Shown: positions 47,194 to 57,223, numbered from the stretch's first letter. The stretch: DNA of 64,000 bases from Deltaproteobacteria bacterium (GCA_026986785.1 JALSNW010000044.1:13520-77519); one strand, 5' to 3'. Translations and numbers: made by a program. Notes: generated by a model not told the origin, from the sequence alone.

Positions 47194-49695
47194 CTATCGA
47201 ACCTCCATTTTTGATTTCTCCGACTCAGTGATCCTTTGGAGTCTTTCTACCATATCCTTGAAGCGTATCCTACCCCCAGGATTCATGTTAATCACATTCA
47301 CGCCTCCCAGGAAGCCTCTTTCCACCAGGTATTCCTTCCCCCCTTTTTTTATCAGTCCATGTAGCACAAAGACATCGTTTTGGAGGCTGCAAGAGATCCC
47401 TATTCGTTTGTAGGAAAATTTTTTGAAGAAATAGCCGAGAAAAGACACAGAGCCCTGGCCACCACCCAAGATGGACAGATTTTCCACCGCCTTGATACTA
47501 ATCTTTTGGGGCACATGAGCCGAGTCGTCATTCTCGATGACAAGGCGAAATCTCTCAGGCTGGATGCCGCTCATTACAAGGCCCTTTATCCATCCCTTGA
47601 CCACCCCAGAGACCACGCCAAAGGCCGTTGGGGCCGTGATCATCTCGAGATCAAGATGATCAAAACTGATGTCTGCACCATAACGGACGATCGGGGCGAA
47701 TGGCTCGAGCCAGATATGCGTGGCAGTAATGGTGCCCCCGGCCAACTTTGCCTTTATCTGTCCAGAAAAAACCAGTTTACCCTGCCTGAACTCTGCAGAA
47801 ATGCCCTTGGCTTCAACCTTCATCTCATAGGGGAAGTCCCTGAAAAGACGCTTGATGTCGAGATCTTTTATACAGACACCCTCCAATGCCCCCTTTTTGC
47901 TCCTCAGTTCCATCCGTATCCGATGTACACATACCTGTCCATGTTGTAGATCTAGCTCCAAGGGGCCGGCAGAGATGAGGTCCTGACAGATCTCCATTGG
48001 TACGAGGCTATTTTTGATCTCGACCTTGACACCTTCTCTCAACAGAGAAGAAGGCAAGAGGTTGTTCAAATAAAATGCCTGCCAGGAGATAGTGCCACTT
48101 TCACAGCTCTTGGTCTTGAAGGGATAGGGAAGCCGGATATGCAACCCCTTGAGTAGAGTGGCATTGGAAAAGTTTACATCACAAAGACAGTCCAAGCGCA
48201 ATACCTTGCCCATGGTACTTACACTGATGGAACCAGCAGGCTCAAATCTTGAAAGAGCCGGATGGGAATCGGAAAAAGGCTCCTTCAATAATAGATCATA
48301 CAGCTTTTCCAGGTCTCCAGAGGCCTCTAAGCTGGAGATGGAGATACGTTTCAAGATATTGCCCATCGAATGCATTGCCCCAGGGGGCAAAAGGATCTCT
48401 TTCCCTTTCAACATGAAAGGACCTTGGAGCTTTATATTCGAGACAAAGATCCCATGTCTTGAAAATCTGCCCCCTGCTGCCAAGGCCCCTTTCAAGGCCG
48501 AAAGGTCAAAAAACCAGGGATAGATCAAGACCTGCCCCCGATCCCAACTTACCTCTGCCCTCCAGGCAACCTTCTCTTTTCTGGAGATATCTCCAGCCAA
48601 GGCCAAATGGATTTTTAGATCCAGCCCCTCGAATGCATGATCCGAGTCCCTGGAGCCGGAAAGATCCCTTAGCTGCAGATCGGAAACAAGTTTCCACCTC
48701 TTGTTCCGAGGCTCATATCCAAACTCGACCCTGGTATTGGAATGATCCCCTCCTTCTGGCAAGAAGGTGATATCCATCCTCGAAAGATCTGGTGAACTGT
48801 TGAATGTATATGCAAGTGCCTTATCCAGCTCCAGTTTCACAGGAAGGTTTCTTTGAATTATACCGAAAGGCAAACAGAGCCTGCCCCTTGCTTCAATGCC
48901 CTTTTCAAGAGAGAAAAGGGCCTTGCCATCAATGGAAATCGAGCCCTTTAAACGAAACCCTTGGATCTCAGAAATGGCCTCTATATTGGGAATATTCAGG
49001 GAAAAGCCCCCTCTCAATCGTGCTAAACTGTCTGGAAAGGGAAGGTGTAGTCTCAAGTTCATGGGAACGGGCCTATCAAGCCCCTCTGCCTGGACAAGAC
49101 CTTCTATCTCCACGTTGGCATCAGCGCTGACAAAATCCAAGGATGCCGAAAGGTTTCCTTGCAGGTGCGAGTCCTCCACATTGGCCTGAAATGATGCCGA
49201 AAGGAGAGAGGAATCGTATTTTCCATTCCGGACAGAGGGTAATAGGGTTAAGCCTTGTAGATCGAGCCTTGCCTTTTGGGAAACATAGTGAATCTCTGAG
49301 TTGGTTATCTTCACATACCTCAAGAGCCCATATTGAGCATGGGAAAAATGACCAGGTTTCTCATCCCTTCTGTCTCCTGGCAAGACCCATGTCTCCATGT
49401 CATTGATCTCGATAGCCTGAAGGAAAGGAGGATGAATGCCCATACTGATCCTAAGCCTGGGAATGACCAATTTCAGGCTGTCGTTCTGAAACCTGATCCG
49501 CTCCACGAGCAGGTCCCCCCTTTTCAGGACCAAAAACCTGGAAAATTCCAGATCCCCGTCCTGCCAGTGGAGGTGCACCGGGGTCGTAATCCCCCCACAG
49601 AGAAAAAGGAACAAGCCAAGACCCAACCCAGCCAGTAGAGAGAGGCTGACACATATGACCAAAAGGTATCTTTTCAGGGGCTTTTTTCCTTCCAT
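47194..49695 (-). CDS. YdbH/AsmA-like envelope-spanning protein
   Basis: N-terminal TM anchor, long beta-rich body, C-terminal LAGG.I...DLEMIT...G.V.G...VNVI..N pattern; abuts the ydbL-like gene. Confidence 0.65.
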   Translation of the reverse strand: MEGKKPLKRYLLVICVSLSLLAGLGLGLFLFLCGGITTPVHLHWQDGDLEFSRFLVLKRGDLLVERIRFQNDSLKLVIPRLRISMGIHPPFLQAIEINDMETWVLPGDRRDEKPGHFSHAQYGLLRYVKITNSEIHYVSQKARLDLQGLTLLPSVRNGKYDSSLLSASFQANVEDSHLQGNLSASLDFVSADANVEIEGLVQAEGLDRPVPMNLRLHLPFPDSLARLRGGFSLNIPNIEAISEIQGFRLKGSISIDGKALFSLEKGIEARGRLCLPFGIIQRNLPVKLELDKALAYTFNSSPDLSRMDITFLPEGGDHSNTRVEFGYEPRNKRWKLVSDLQLRDLSGSRDSDHAFEGLDLKIHLALAGDISRKEKVAWRAEVSWDRGQVLIYPWFFDLSALKGALAAGGRFSRHGIFVSNIKLQGPFMLKGKEILLPPGAMHSMGNILKRISISSLEASGDLEKLYDLLLKEPFSDSHPALSRFEPAGSISVSTMGKVLRLDCLCDVNFSNATLLKGLHIRLPYPFKTKSCESGTISWQAFYLNNLLPSSLLREGVKVEIKNSLVPMEICQDLISAGPLELDLQHGQVCVHRIRMELRSKKGALEGVCIKDLDIKRLFRDFPYEMKVEAKGISAEFRQGKLVFSGQIKAKLAGGTITATHIWLEPFAPIVRYGADISFDHLDLEMITAPTAFGVVSGVVKGWIKGLVMSGIQPERFRLVIENDDSAHVPQKISIKAVENLSILGGGQGSVSFLGYFFKKFSYKRIGISCSLQNDVFVLHGLIKKGGKEYLVERGFLGGVNVINMNPGGRIRFKDMVERLQRITESEKSKMEVR

Positions 49696-50993
49696 CTTTC
49701 TGGAAAGACGAGGGTAACCGTGGTTCCCATACCCGGCCTACTTTTTATCTCTATCTCTCCTTGATGCTCTTTCATAATATGATGGACCATAATGAGACCT
49801 ACGCCTGTCCCAGATGGTTTGGTGGTCACCAACTCCTTAAATAGTTTTTCTTGGATCTGTGAAGGTATGCCAGGGCCCTGATCCCTTATGACAATCACGG
49901 GCCTGCCGTCTCTGCGCTTGAGCTCTATCTCAATGGTGGAAGCATGTGGCGCAGCATCGAGGGCATTTTTGAGCACATGGAGGACAGCCACCCTCAATAT
50001 CCTGGGATCAGCATGTATCTTCAAGGGTGTCTCAGAAATGTGGGTTATCAACCTGAGATCCTTTTGCTCGAGATGAGGTTGCCAGGCATCGAGGATCTCA
50101 CCGACCAGGTCTCTCAAGTCCAATTCTACAAAGAATCTTTCCTGCTCCCTGGCAAGACCTTCGAAATCCTTGACTATGGCTTCAAGCTTTCGGGCTTCTT
50201 CGAATATGGCCTCGAGCTTTGAGCGTTCAGGAAAGTCTTTGGGGATCTTCTTCAATACAATCCTCGCAAGGCCCCCTATCACCGTTGCAGGATTTCTTAT
50301 CTTGTCTGCTATTCTCAAGGCAAGCTCCACCACAGTCCTCTCATGGACCAGGGATTCCATGTCCTGGCTCAAATCGAGCAGCTCAGCGTTTACCTTGTCT
50401 AGCTCCATGTTCTTTTTGGAAAGGGTACGAAGCAACTTCAAGACCTCTTCATGCTTGGCCCTCAGATTCTCAAGAAAGGATTCTTCAAGATCGGCAAAGA
50501 GTTGTTTCTTGATGTCCTCATATTTTTTTTGGAGTTTGTCGCAGCTTTCCTCCCCCCCCCACATGACAGCACTCACAGTGAAGGGTTTGCCTGGAGAGCA
50601 TAGCTCGAAATCAAGATGGTCCATAACCATATCAAGTGCTTTGAGAAGCCTGGAAGAGGAATCTCTGGCAGCCTCGGTGGCCTTGGTGTTGTCAGGGGAT
50701 ATACAACTTCTTTTCCCCATGAAATCCAACTCCATACCAGACACAGAGGGGCCATGATCAGCAACCTCCTTCTTACACACAATATAGAAGTGTGCCTTGC
50801 CTCCCCGGGTATTATGTAGGAGAAAACGGGCCAATTCAGAGGCGGCAAGGGCTATCCGAACCCTTTTCATCTGGGAAAAACCACAGAGCTCTGCAAGGAT
50901 CTTTGCCTTGGATCGAACGAGGGGGATGTCCTTCTCCCTCTTTATCACCAAGGTGACTATATGGATGTGTAGATCTATTCTTGCCATTTCCAC
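49674..50993 (-). CDS. RsbT-like N-terminal domain + histidine-kinase-like protein lacking the phospho-His
   Basis: IALAASELAR RsbT-like start; H-box reads IADKIRNP; N, G1, G2 boxes present (LKNALDA, DQGPGI, TTKPSGTGVGL). Confidence 0.85.
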   Translation of the reverse strand: MEMARIDLHIHIVTLVIKREKDIPLVRSKAKILAELCGFSQMKRVRIALAASELARFLLHNTRGGKAHFYIVCKKEVADHGPSVSGMELDFMGKRSCISPDNTKATEAARDSSSRLLKALDMVMDHLDFELCSPGKPFTVSAVMWGGEESCDKLQKKYEDIKKQLFADLEESFLENLRAKHEEVLKLLRTLSKKNMELDKVNAELLDLSQDMESLVHERTVVELALRIADKIRNPATVIGGLARIVLKKIPKDFPERSKLEAIFEEARKLEAIVKDFEGLAREQERFFVELDLRDLVGEILDAWQPHLEQKDLRLITHISETPLKIHADPRILRVAVLHVLKNALDAAPHASTIEIELKRRDGRPVIVIRDQGPGIPSQIQEKLFKELVTTKPSGTGVGLIMVHHIMKEHQGEIEIKSRPGMGTTVTLVFPERWKEKSP

Positions 50994-52063
50994 ACTAGCA
51001 GCGTTGCATCGTCTGTAGAGATCTCACCCCGGCTGCAACAAGAGAAGAGATATTGCACCCAAAGAAGAGCGGATATGGAGGTCTCTGACTGCTGGAATTT
51101 CAGCTTTGGGACCTCACCAAGGCCATCTGTAAAAATAAGCCCCAGGACTGAGTTTATCCCGTGAAACGTCTCTTTGGATATGGACGATCTCGATATGACA
51201 GGGCCCAACACCCCAGGATGGCCACTTATCTTCCGGGCCCTGCCATCTATGTAAAGATATTGGCTGACATTACCCACTGCAGCAACTTCAATGAAACGGT
51301 TTGCGATATCCACCCTGACGGCCTGGGCCGATATACCCCGGGAGCGAGACAGCCCCCTGCCGGCCTCGAGCAGCATGTCCACGGGGTTGGTATTCACAGG
51401 CATCATTTCCAGGCATTCCACGGCCCTGGACACGGCATCTGCTGCTTCTCTTCCATGACCAAGGGCATCGATCACCACCATGGCCAGCACTTCAGGCTCT
51501 GAATTGAAGAAGACCCCATCCCCACAATATGACTCTCCCTTAGCCGGCCTGATGAGATAAGAAAAATCCACCGGGGCCTGGAATTCTAACCTCTTGCCCT
51601 GAAAGAATTCTGCACTGACAAGAGTAACCGATTCCGCCTCAAGGCCCAAAAGATCCGGACATGGAAACTCCCCAAGCTTTCCCGAACAGATGGCAAATCT
51701 GTCGGCAATCCTCCTTATGCAACCCAGACCACTTCCCAGACCGTTTGCGCTCGTGATCCCATCTTTCAGGGCCATTTTGATATGAGGGATCCCAGGACCC
51801 ATGTCCAGACTGGAGACACTCATGATACTCCCCATGGACGATCTCTGGCCAAAAAAACGGATCCTGCCAGATATGGTATGATGTTTAACATGATTCTGGG
51901 CCATCTCGCTTACAGAAAGTACGATGTCCCCCTGTTTTCCTTGGGAAAAACCCAGGTGCCGAGATATCTCAGCGGCCTTTGCCCTGGCCAAAGAAACATG
52001 GGCCTGATTTCTTATATCCATCTCATGCCAAAGGGGCTGGAGTGAGATCAGGTCCATTTCCAC
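50975..52063 (-). CDS. rsbX: RsbX-type PP2C phosphatase with N-terminal RsbT-like ATPase domain
   Basis: VSEMAQN, DMGPGI, GLGSGLG; CGDG, IDALGHG, FTDGL, DDAT. Confidence 0.8.
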   Translation of the reverse strand: MEMDLISLQPLWHEMDIRNQAHVSLARAKAAEISRHLGFSQGKQGDIVLSVSEMAQNHVKHHTISGRIRFFGQRSSMGSIMSVSSLDMGPGIPHIKMALKDGITSANGLGSGLGCIRRIADRFAICSGKLGEFPCPDLLGLEAESVTLVSAEFFQGKRLEFQAPVDFSYLIRPAKGESYCGDGVFFNSEPEVLAMVVIDALGHGREAADAVSRAVECLEMMPVNTNPVDMLLEAGRGLSRSRGISAQAVRVDIANRFIEVAAVGNVSQYLYIDGRARKISGHPGVLGPVISRSSISKETFHGINSVLGLIFTDGLGEVPKLKFQQSETSISALLWVQYLFSCCSRGEISTDDATLLVWKWQE

Positions 52064-52479
52064 ACCTCTATGAATGCCCCCCCAGAGAGGAGGCTACCCA
52101 CCCTGAGATCGTCTGAAAGGGCCTTGAGAAGATTGAGGCCCATGCCAAGGCCCTTGTCTTCGGAGTAGCCTGGGGTAAAGGCGAGATCCAGGTCAGCGAT
52201 CCCATGGCCCTTGTCTTCTGCCGTAATCCTGAATCCAGTATGCTGTGATGCCTGGACCACGGCCACACACAATCGCCCACTGCCTCCATGCCGCAGTATA
52301 TTCTTTCCAAGCTCATCAATGATGGTGAGGAGTTGAGCCTCAAGTATCTCATCCCTTGTCCCTGTCTTTTCCAGCAAGAGTCTCAGGATCGAGCGTGCCT
52401 GATGTATACCGTCTTCCCCGGTTATGGTCAGACATCTTTTTTCGTATAGGCCCAACAACCCTGATCTCCTTGTATTCAC
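52048..52479 (-). CDS. rsbT: Stressosome Ser/Thr kinase RsbT
   Basis: ELGKNILRHG, DKGHGIADL.LA..PGYS..KGLGMGL. Confidence 0.88.
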   Translation of the reverse strand: MNTRRSGLLGLYEKRCLTITGEDGIHQARSILRLLLEKTGTRDEILEAQLLTIIDELGKNILRHGGSGRLCVAVVQASQHTGFRITAEDKGHGIADLDLAFTPGYSEDKGLGMGLNLLKALSDDLRVGSLLSGGAFIEVWKWT

Positions 52480-52856
52480 AGCCTGGCCAGCCCTTGCCGT
52501 ATCTTCTCGAGGGCCTGCTGTGAATCCAATGCAAACGACAAATCTTTACCAAAGGAGATATCGAAACTCTTCAATGCCACGATTGCAGAGGCACCAAGGC
52601 CAGAAATCACGGTTAGGGTGTTGAGGAGCTCGAGTATAGAGGCAATCTTGCAGATATGTCCCGCGAGGAATGTGTCGATAACCTCCAAGTTGTTCAGATC
52701 AATAATGACACCCCTTATCCCCCCTGTCTTTACCCGGTCCGACAGGGCCTGGGACAAGGCGATGACACTGGAATCATCTATTTCTTCCTGAAGGGATACA
52801 AGAAGTATTTCGCCGAGGGAAAATATGGAGAAAGGCACCATAGATAAAAGATTCAA
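52476..52856 (-). CDS. rsbS: Stressosome STAS protein RsbS
   Basis: LLVSLQ.EIDD, GVIIDL..LEVIDTF; Thr at the RsbS phospho-site. Confidence 0.88.
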   Translation of the reverse strand: MNLLSMVPFSIFSLGEILLVSLQEEIDDSSVIALSQALSDRVKTGGIRGVIIDLNNLEVIDTFLAGHICKIASILELLNTLTVISGLGASAIVALKSFDISFGKDLSFALDSQQALEKIRQGLARL

Positions 52857-53734
52857 TCTCCTTGCTCATCGTTTAGAAAACGGCTGGCCGCCAAGCGCTG
52901 TCTGCGCATCTCCATCAATTTTTGAATTGCATAGTGGAGACCATCTGCCATTCGGCTCTTTACATTGATAGTGCCGAGATTTACCCCGAGATGTGCCATG
53001 GTCAGGGCCGTGCGGGTCGATATACCGGTTAGGATGGCCTCGCTCCCCATGAGACGCACGGCATCTACCGTCTGGAGAAGATGATTGGCCACGGCGGTAT
53101 CTACATTGGGCACCCCTGTGATATCTATGATGACAAAAGGAGAGCGGGTCCGTTCGATGGTCACGAGAAGCCTTTCCATGGCCGACTGGGCCCGATGGCT
53201 GTCAACTGTTCCAACGAGGGGCAGGGCAAGCACCCCTTCCCATACTTCTATGACAGGGGTCGATAGCTCCAGGATCTCTTCCTGTAGATGCCTTATATCT
53301 TCGTCGCGCTTTTTTAGCATCTCTTCCTGTTGTTTGAGGATGGCCCTTTCCTGTTCCAGCCTCTCAGAGATGTCGATAAAGTGCTCAACACAGCCGATGA
53401 CCTCGCCCTTGTGATTACGTACCGGGCGGCTGGCGAATTCTATCGGGATCTCCCGGTTGTCCACCTTGAGCGTGGTCTGCCCTTGATTGACTGCATTCGT
53501 GTCCATTGCGACCCTGCATGTACATTGATCGGTCTGACACATGGGTGTATTGAACAACTCGTAACATTTCCTGTCGAAACAATCCCCTGGGCTTCTACCA
53601 ACCAGTTCTGCACCAGCCTTGTTGATGATCAGTATATTATTCTCGAGATCAGTCACGAAAATCCCTGATGGCACTGCATTTATGATTTCAAAAAGAAACC
53701 CCTCATCCCCCCGGTAATCTCTCAGTTCTTTCAT
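52853..53734 (-). CDS. rsbR: Stressosome sensor RsbR with N-terminal PAS domain
   Basis: PAS, then ILELSTPVI.VW..VL.LPLVGTVDS.RA, IIDITGVP.VDT.VA.HL. Confidence 0.92.
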   Translation of the reverse strand: MKELRDYRGDEGFLFEIINAVPSGIFVTDLENNILIINKAGAELVGRSPGDCFDRKCYELFNTPMCQTDQCTCRVAMDTNAVNQGQTTLKVDNREIPIEFASRPVRNHKGEVIGCVEHFIDISERLEQERAILKQQEEMLKKRDEDIRHLQEEILELSTPVIEVWEGVLALPLVGTVDSHRAQSAMERLLVTIERTRSPFVIIDITGVPNVDTAVANHLLQTVDAVRLMGSEAILTGISTRTALTMAHLGVNLGTINVKSRMADGLHYAIQKLMEMRRQRLAASRFLNDEQGD

Positions 53735-53791
53735 GGCTCATCTCCTGTTATGGTCGTATGGAAAAATTTTAACAAGAAGGATGTCCCAAGT

Positions 53792-55603
53792 CTAATGTTT
53801 TAAGGGCACTTGCCTTTCCGAATTGTCCTTTGGGCCGACCATGCAAAAGAGGTTGAGGTTTGAAAAGACCCGTTCCTTGACCACGTTTTCATGATAGGCA
53901 TTCAAAAAATCACTCTTTTTCAGGATTCCAACCACCTTGAGAGGATCACTGACTGAGACTACGGGCAGGAATGAAAAACCCTTTGCGGCAAAGATATGAA
54001 AGGCCTTTTCAAGGCTGTCTTCCTCAGAAATAACGATTACATCCTTATTCATCACATCCTTGGCCTGGAGATCTTGGGGACACTCGTCCCTGTGGATTAG
54101 ATACCTGCGAATATCCCGGATCGTAAGCACACCAGCCAACCTTCCATCCGGCCTGAATACGACGAAATGGGGAAAGGCGCTCTTATCCATGAGCTCCACC
54201 ACATCCCAGAAGGGGGTATTGGTATAAACGACCCTTTCCACAGGAGACATGTATGCAGAAACCTTCATATCTCTCAACCTGTTGATTTCATGCCCCCTTA
54301 CGATGTCAACACCCTCTGAAACGAGCTTGGTCTCATAAACAGAATATCCATGAAAGAGACGTACTATGAGAAGACTGGGGATACATGCCACCATGAGAGG
54401 TAGAATCACCTGATAGGTGTAAGTAAGTTCGAAAATCGTCAGTACGGCCGTCATGGGGGCCAAGGTGGTCCCACTCACCACGGCCCCCATACCAACAAGG
54501 GCATAATAGGCAGGATTTACCCCCTGTATGGGACAACAATGCAAGGCCGATATACCTACAGCAGAGCCTAACATCGCCCCTATGAAAAGGGAGGGTGCGA
54601 AGATACCCCCGCTCATACCCGAGCTGATACAGATACTTGTGGCCGCAATCTTTGCAACACATAGGACAATTGCCGTAACAAATAACACCTTTCCATCAAG
54701 GGCCTTTAGGATCTGTCCATATCCAACCCCGAGAACCTGGGGCAAATAGATACCCAAAAGGCCCAGCATGAGCCCGCCCATTGCAGGCTTGAGCCATTCT
54801 GGCCCAGGAACCCTCCTCCACAGGCGTGGCAGACCAAACAGACTCCAGATGAGAAAGAGACTGACAACACCGGCAGCAAGGCCGAGACAGAGGTAAAAAA
54901 CAAGCTCCCAGTGACTTACCAAGGCAAAATTTGCTGGATGGATAGTAGCCCTTTGGCCAAGCATCTGTCTGGCCACGACAGTTCCCGTTACAGCGGAAAT
55001 CACGATATTACTCATGGAGGAGACCTCGAGATCGAAAAGGAGTATCTCTACGGCGAACATGGTCCCTGCAATGGGGGCCTGGAAGGTGGCTGCCATGCCA
55101 GCTGCTGCTCCACAGGCAACCGCCAGGCGCCGCTTGTCCGAATCCATGGAAAAGATCTGGGATATGGAGGAACCGATGGAGGCCCCTATCTGGACAATAG
55201 GGCCCTCCCTTCCCACAGAGGCCCCTGCAGAGATTAATGTGGATGTCACAAGGGCCTTCAAGAGGGTTACCCTGTGCCTGATCCTTCCACCTTCAAGGGC
55301 CAATGCCTTCATCACCTGAGGCACCCCTGGCCCACGAATCTCAGGGGCCCATTTGGAGACGACAAGCCCACAAAAGGCACCGGCAGCGACAGGAATGAGA
55401 AGCCTCAGCCAAATAGGCACTTCTGCAAGCTCCTCGGGGGTAGTCCAAAGGATATTGCTTCCCCAGCGCAGTAGATAATGAAAAAACACACCCCCAAAAC
55501 CCGCAGCCACACCGATAATCAACGACACCAACAAAGGGACTGCGATCTGCCTTGCCACATAGGCTGCCCTATCCTTTCTGACAGAGCGAGCCTCTTTCAT
55601 CAA
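53792..55603 (-). CDS. CLC-family anion channel/transporter with tandem CBS domains
   Basis: GPGVP, GREGP, GGIFAP, SVY; CBS pair at the C-terminus. Confidence 0.94.
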   Translation of the reverse strand: MMKEARSVRKDRAAYVARQIAVPLLVSLIIGVAAGFGGVFFHYLLRWGSNILWTTPEELAEVPIWLRLLIPVAAGAFCGLVVSKWAPEIRGPGVPQVMKALALEGGRIRHRVTLLKALVTSTLISAGASVGREGPIVQIGASIGSSISQIFSMDSDKRRLAVACGAAAGMAATFQAPIAGTMFAVEILLFDLEVSSMSNIVISAVTGTVVARQMLGQRATIHPANFALVSHWELVFYLCLGLAAGVVSLFLIWSLFGLPRLWRRVPGPEWLKPAMGGLMLGLLGIYLPQVLGVGYGQILKALDGKVLFVTAIVLCVAKIAATSICISSGMSGGIFAPSLFIGAMLGSAVGISALHCCPIQGVNPAYYALVGMGAVVSGTTLAPMTAVLTIFELTYTYQVILPLMVACIPSLLIVRLFHGYSVYETKLVSEGVDIVRGHEINRLRDMKVSAYMSPVERVVYTNTPFWDVVELMDKSAFPHFVVFRPDGRLAGVLTIRDIRRYLIHRDECPQDLQAKDVMNKDVIVISEEDSLEKAFHIFAAKGFSFLPVVSVSDPLKVVGILKKSDFLNAYHENVVKERVFSNLNLFCMVGPKDNSERQVPLKH

Positions 55604-55670
55604 GAAAGCACCTTCATGGCAATGGGTCTCGTATATGATTTTGGATTGACAAACAGGTTTATTCCTGCAC

Positions 55671-55943
55671 TCAAGCAGAAAAAAGTGTCCACAGGCCTAT
55701 CCCTATAAATCCTATCCCTGCAATATAGTGGAGTTGTCTTGCCCCCAAGTACTCAGAGACAAAACCTCCAACCAAGACCCCGATGCCCGAGGCAGCTACG
55801 AGTGCCAGAGATGCCCCAGCAAAAACCACAAGCCTGTTGACATCCTTGTCCGAAGCGAAAAGAAGGGTTGCAAGCTGGGTCTTGTCACCGAGCTCGGCAA
55901 TAAACACTGCCACAAAGACTGTTGAAAAAAGGCTCAAGTCCAT
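55671..55943 (-). CDS. TMEM165/GDT1 (UPF0016) single-domain Ca2+/Mn2+ transporter
   Basis: AELGDKTQ motif, 3 TM helices, 90 aa. Confidence 0.9.
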   Translation of the reverse strand: MDLSLFSTVFVAVFIAELGDKTQLATLLFASDKDVNRLVVFAGASLALVAASGIGVLVGGFVSEYLGARQLHYIAGIGFIGIGLWTLFSA

Positions 55944-56334
55944 CTAACCAAATCACCCCTATCAAAGCCGACATCCCGTAAGGCCCTCATTAGGTTATAT
56001 TATACTCCCCGTTCCCTTTTCTCTTATTCATTATAGTATTATAACATTTGAAAAAATTTTCCCCAAATGACAATAAATCCCTACATCTTCGACAAACTTG
56101 TGAGCTGCACGATCCGATTTCATGTGTATGTTTTTTAGTACAAAAATCACCCATCCACATAAGGCTTGATTTGAGCCCCAGAGAGCCTATACACTTTCAT
56201 CTAAGCATCAAACGTAGTCTAACGTGCCCTCTGCCTCACACCCTTGGCAAGCTTGTGAGCTACATGATCCGGGATTATAACTTCTATACAGGGGCTGTTT
56301 CATAAATCTCTCTTACATCTGTCTATTGAGTAAT

Positions 56335-57066
56335 ATGTCTTATAAAAAACTGGAAGAACACCGCAGGATATGGAAAAAGAAACGGCTTCTTCGTAGTCTC
56401 TACCATGGGTGGTACAAGGAGATAGGCCGCTACATCGAGGAACGACGGCCTGTCTTGGAGATCGGGGCCGGTGGTGGGAACATGACGGAATTCTTCCCGG
56501 ATATGATCTCTTCGGACTACATCTTCTGCCCCTGGCTCGATCTCAACCTGGATGCCCATGAACTACCCATAAAAACAGATAGTTTAGGGGCTATTGTAGC
56601 CATAGATGTCCTCCATCACCTGGCAGAGCCCATATTGTTTCTGCAAGAGGCCAGAAGGAGCCTTGTCAAACAGGGCCGGCTGATCATGTTGGAGCCCTTT
56701 ATTTCACCTTGGTCGTTTCCCATCTATAGGTTTTTGCATCCAGAAGACGTGGATCTTTCCTGGGATCCCTTTTTGCCAAGAAGAGGACAAAGAGAAAAAA
56801 AACCCTTTGAAGGCAACATGGCAATAGCATCTATCCTCTTCTGGAGAAACAAGAAGAAACTAAAGAGATATCTACCTGATTTACAAGTGATTAAAATACA
56901 CTTTTCCGACTTTTTTCTCTATCCATTGAGCGGTGGCTTTGATCACCCATCCTTGTGTCCAGATATGCTGGCCTCAAGTGTCCGTCATTTGGAACGTCTT
57001 GCAAGACCTGCAGCTCGTTTTTTGGCATACCGCATGCTAATTGTAATGGAAAGACGCAGCCGGTGA
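56335..57066 (+). CDS. Class I SAM-dependent methyltransferase
   Basis: VLEIGAGGG, DVLHHL, GRLIMLEP. Confidence 0.85.
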   Translation: MSYKKLEEHRRIWKKKRLLRSLYHGWYKEIGRYIEERRPVLEIGAGGGNMTEFFPDMISSDYIFCPWLDLNLDAHELPIKTDSLGAIVAIDVLHHLAEPILFLQEARRSLVKQGRLIMLEPFISPWSFPIYRFLHPEDVDLSWDPFLPRRGQREKKPFEGNMAIASILFWRNKKKLKRYLPDLQVIKIHFSDFFLYPLSGGFDHPSLCPDMLASSVRHLERLARPAARFLAYRMLIVMERRSR

Positions 57067-57146
57067 ATGAAGGGCCTCTTTATCCACATGGAGAAACATG
57101 GCCGAAAGCCCCTGAGAAATGATTCAAGGTGAGTTAATTAAATTTG

Positions 57147-57198
57147 TTGACAAAGCAGGGGCTCTCAGCTATTAAAACAAAGGTGAATTATTATTCAC
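57147..57198 (+). promoter_or_regulatory. sigma70-like promoter of cytochrome c3 with a palindrome at the start site
   Basis: TTGACA-17 nt-TATTAA followed by GTGAATTATTATTCAC (57183-57198). Confidence 0.5.
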
Positions 57199-57223
57199 AA
57201 ATAGAGAAAGGAGGAGTTTTTAG

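Noticed and set aside
55985..56020. GGGGAGTA upstream of the GDT1 gene as a yybP-ykoY Mn riboswitch
   Set aside because: No GC(A/G)AGACC partner element or flanking stems found; the motif runs into a TATAAT and is more simply a promoter
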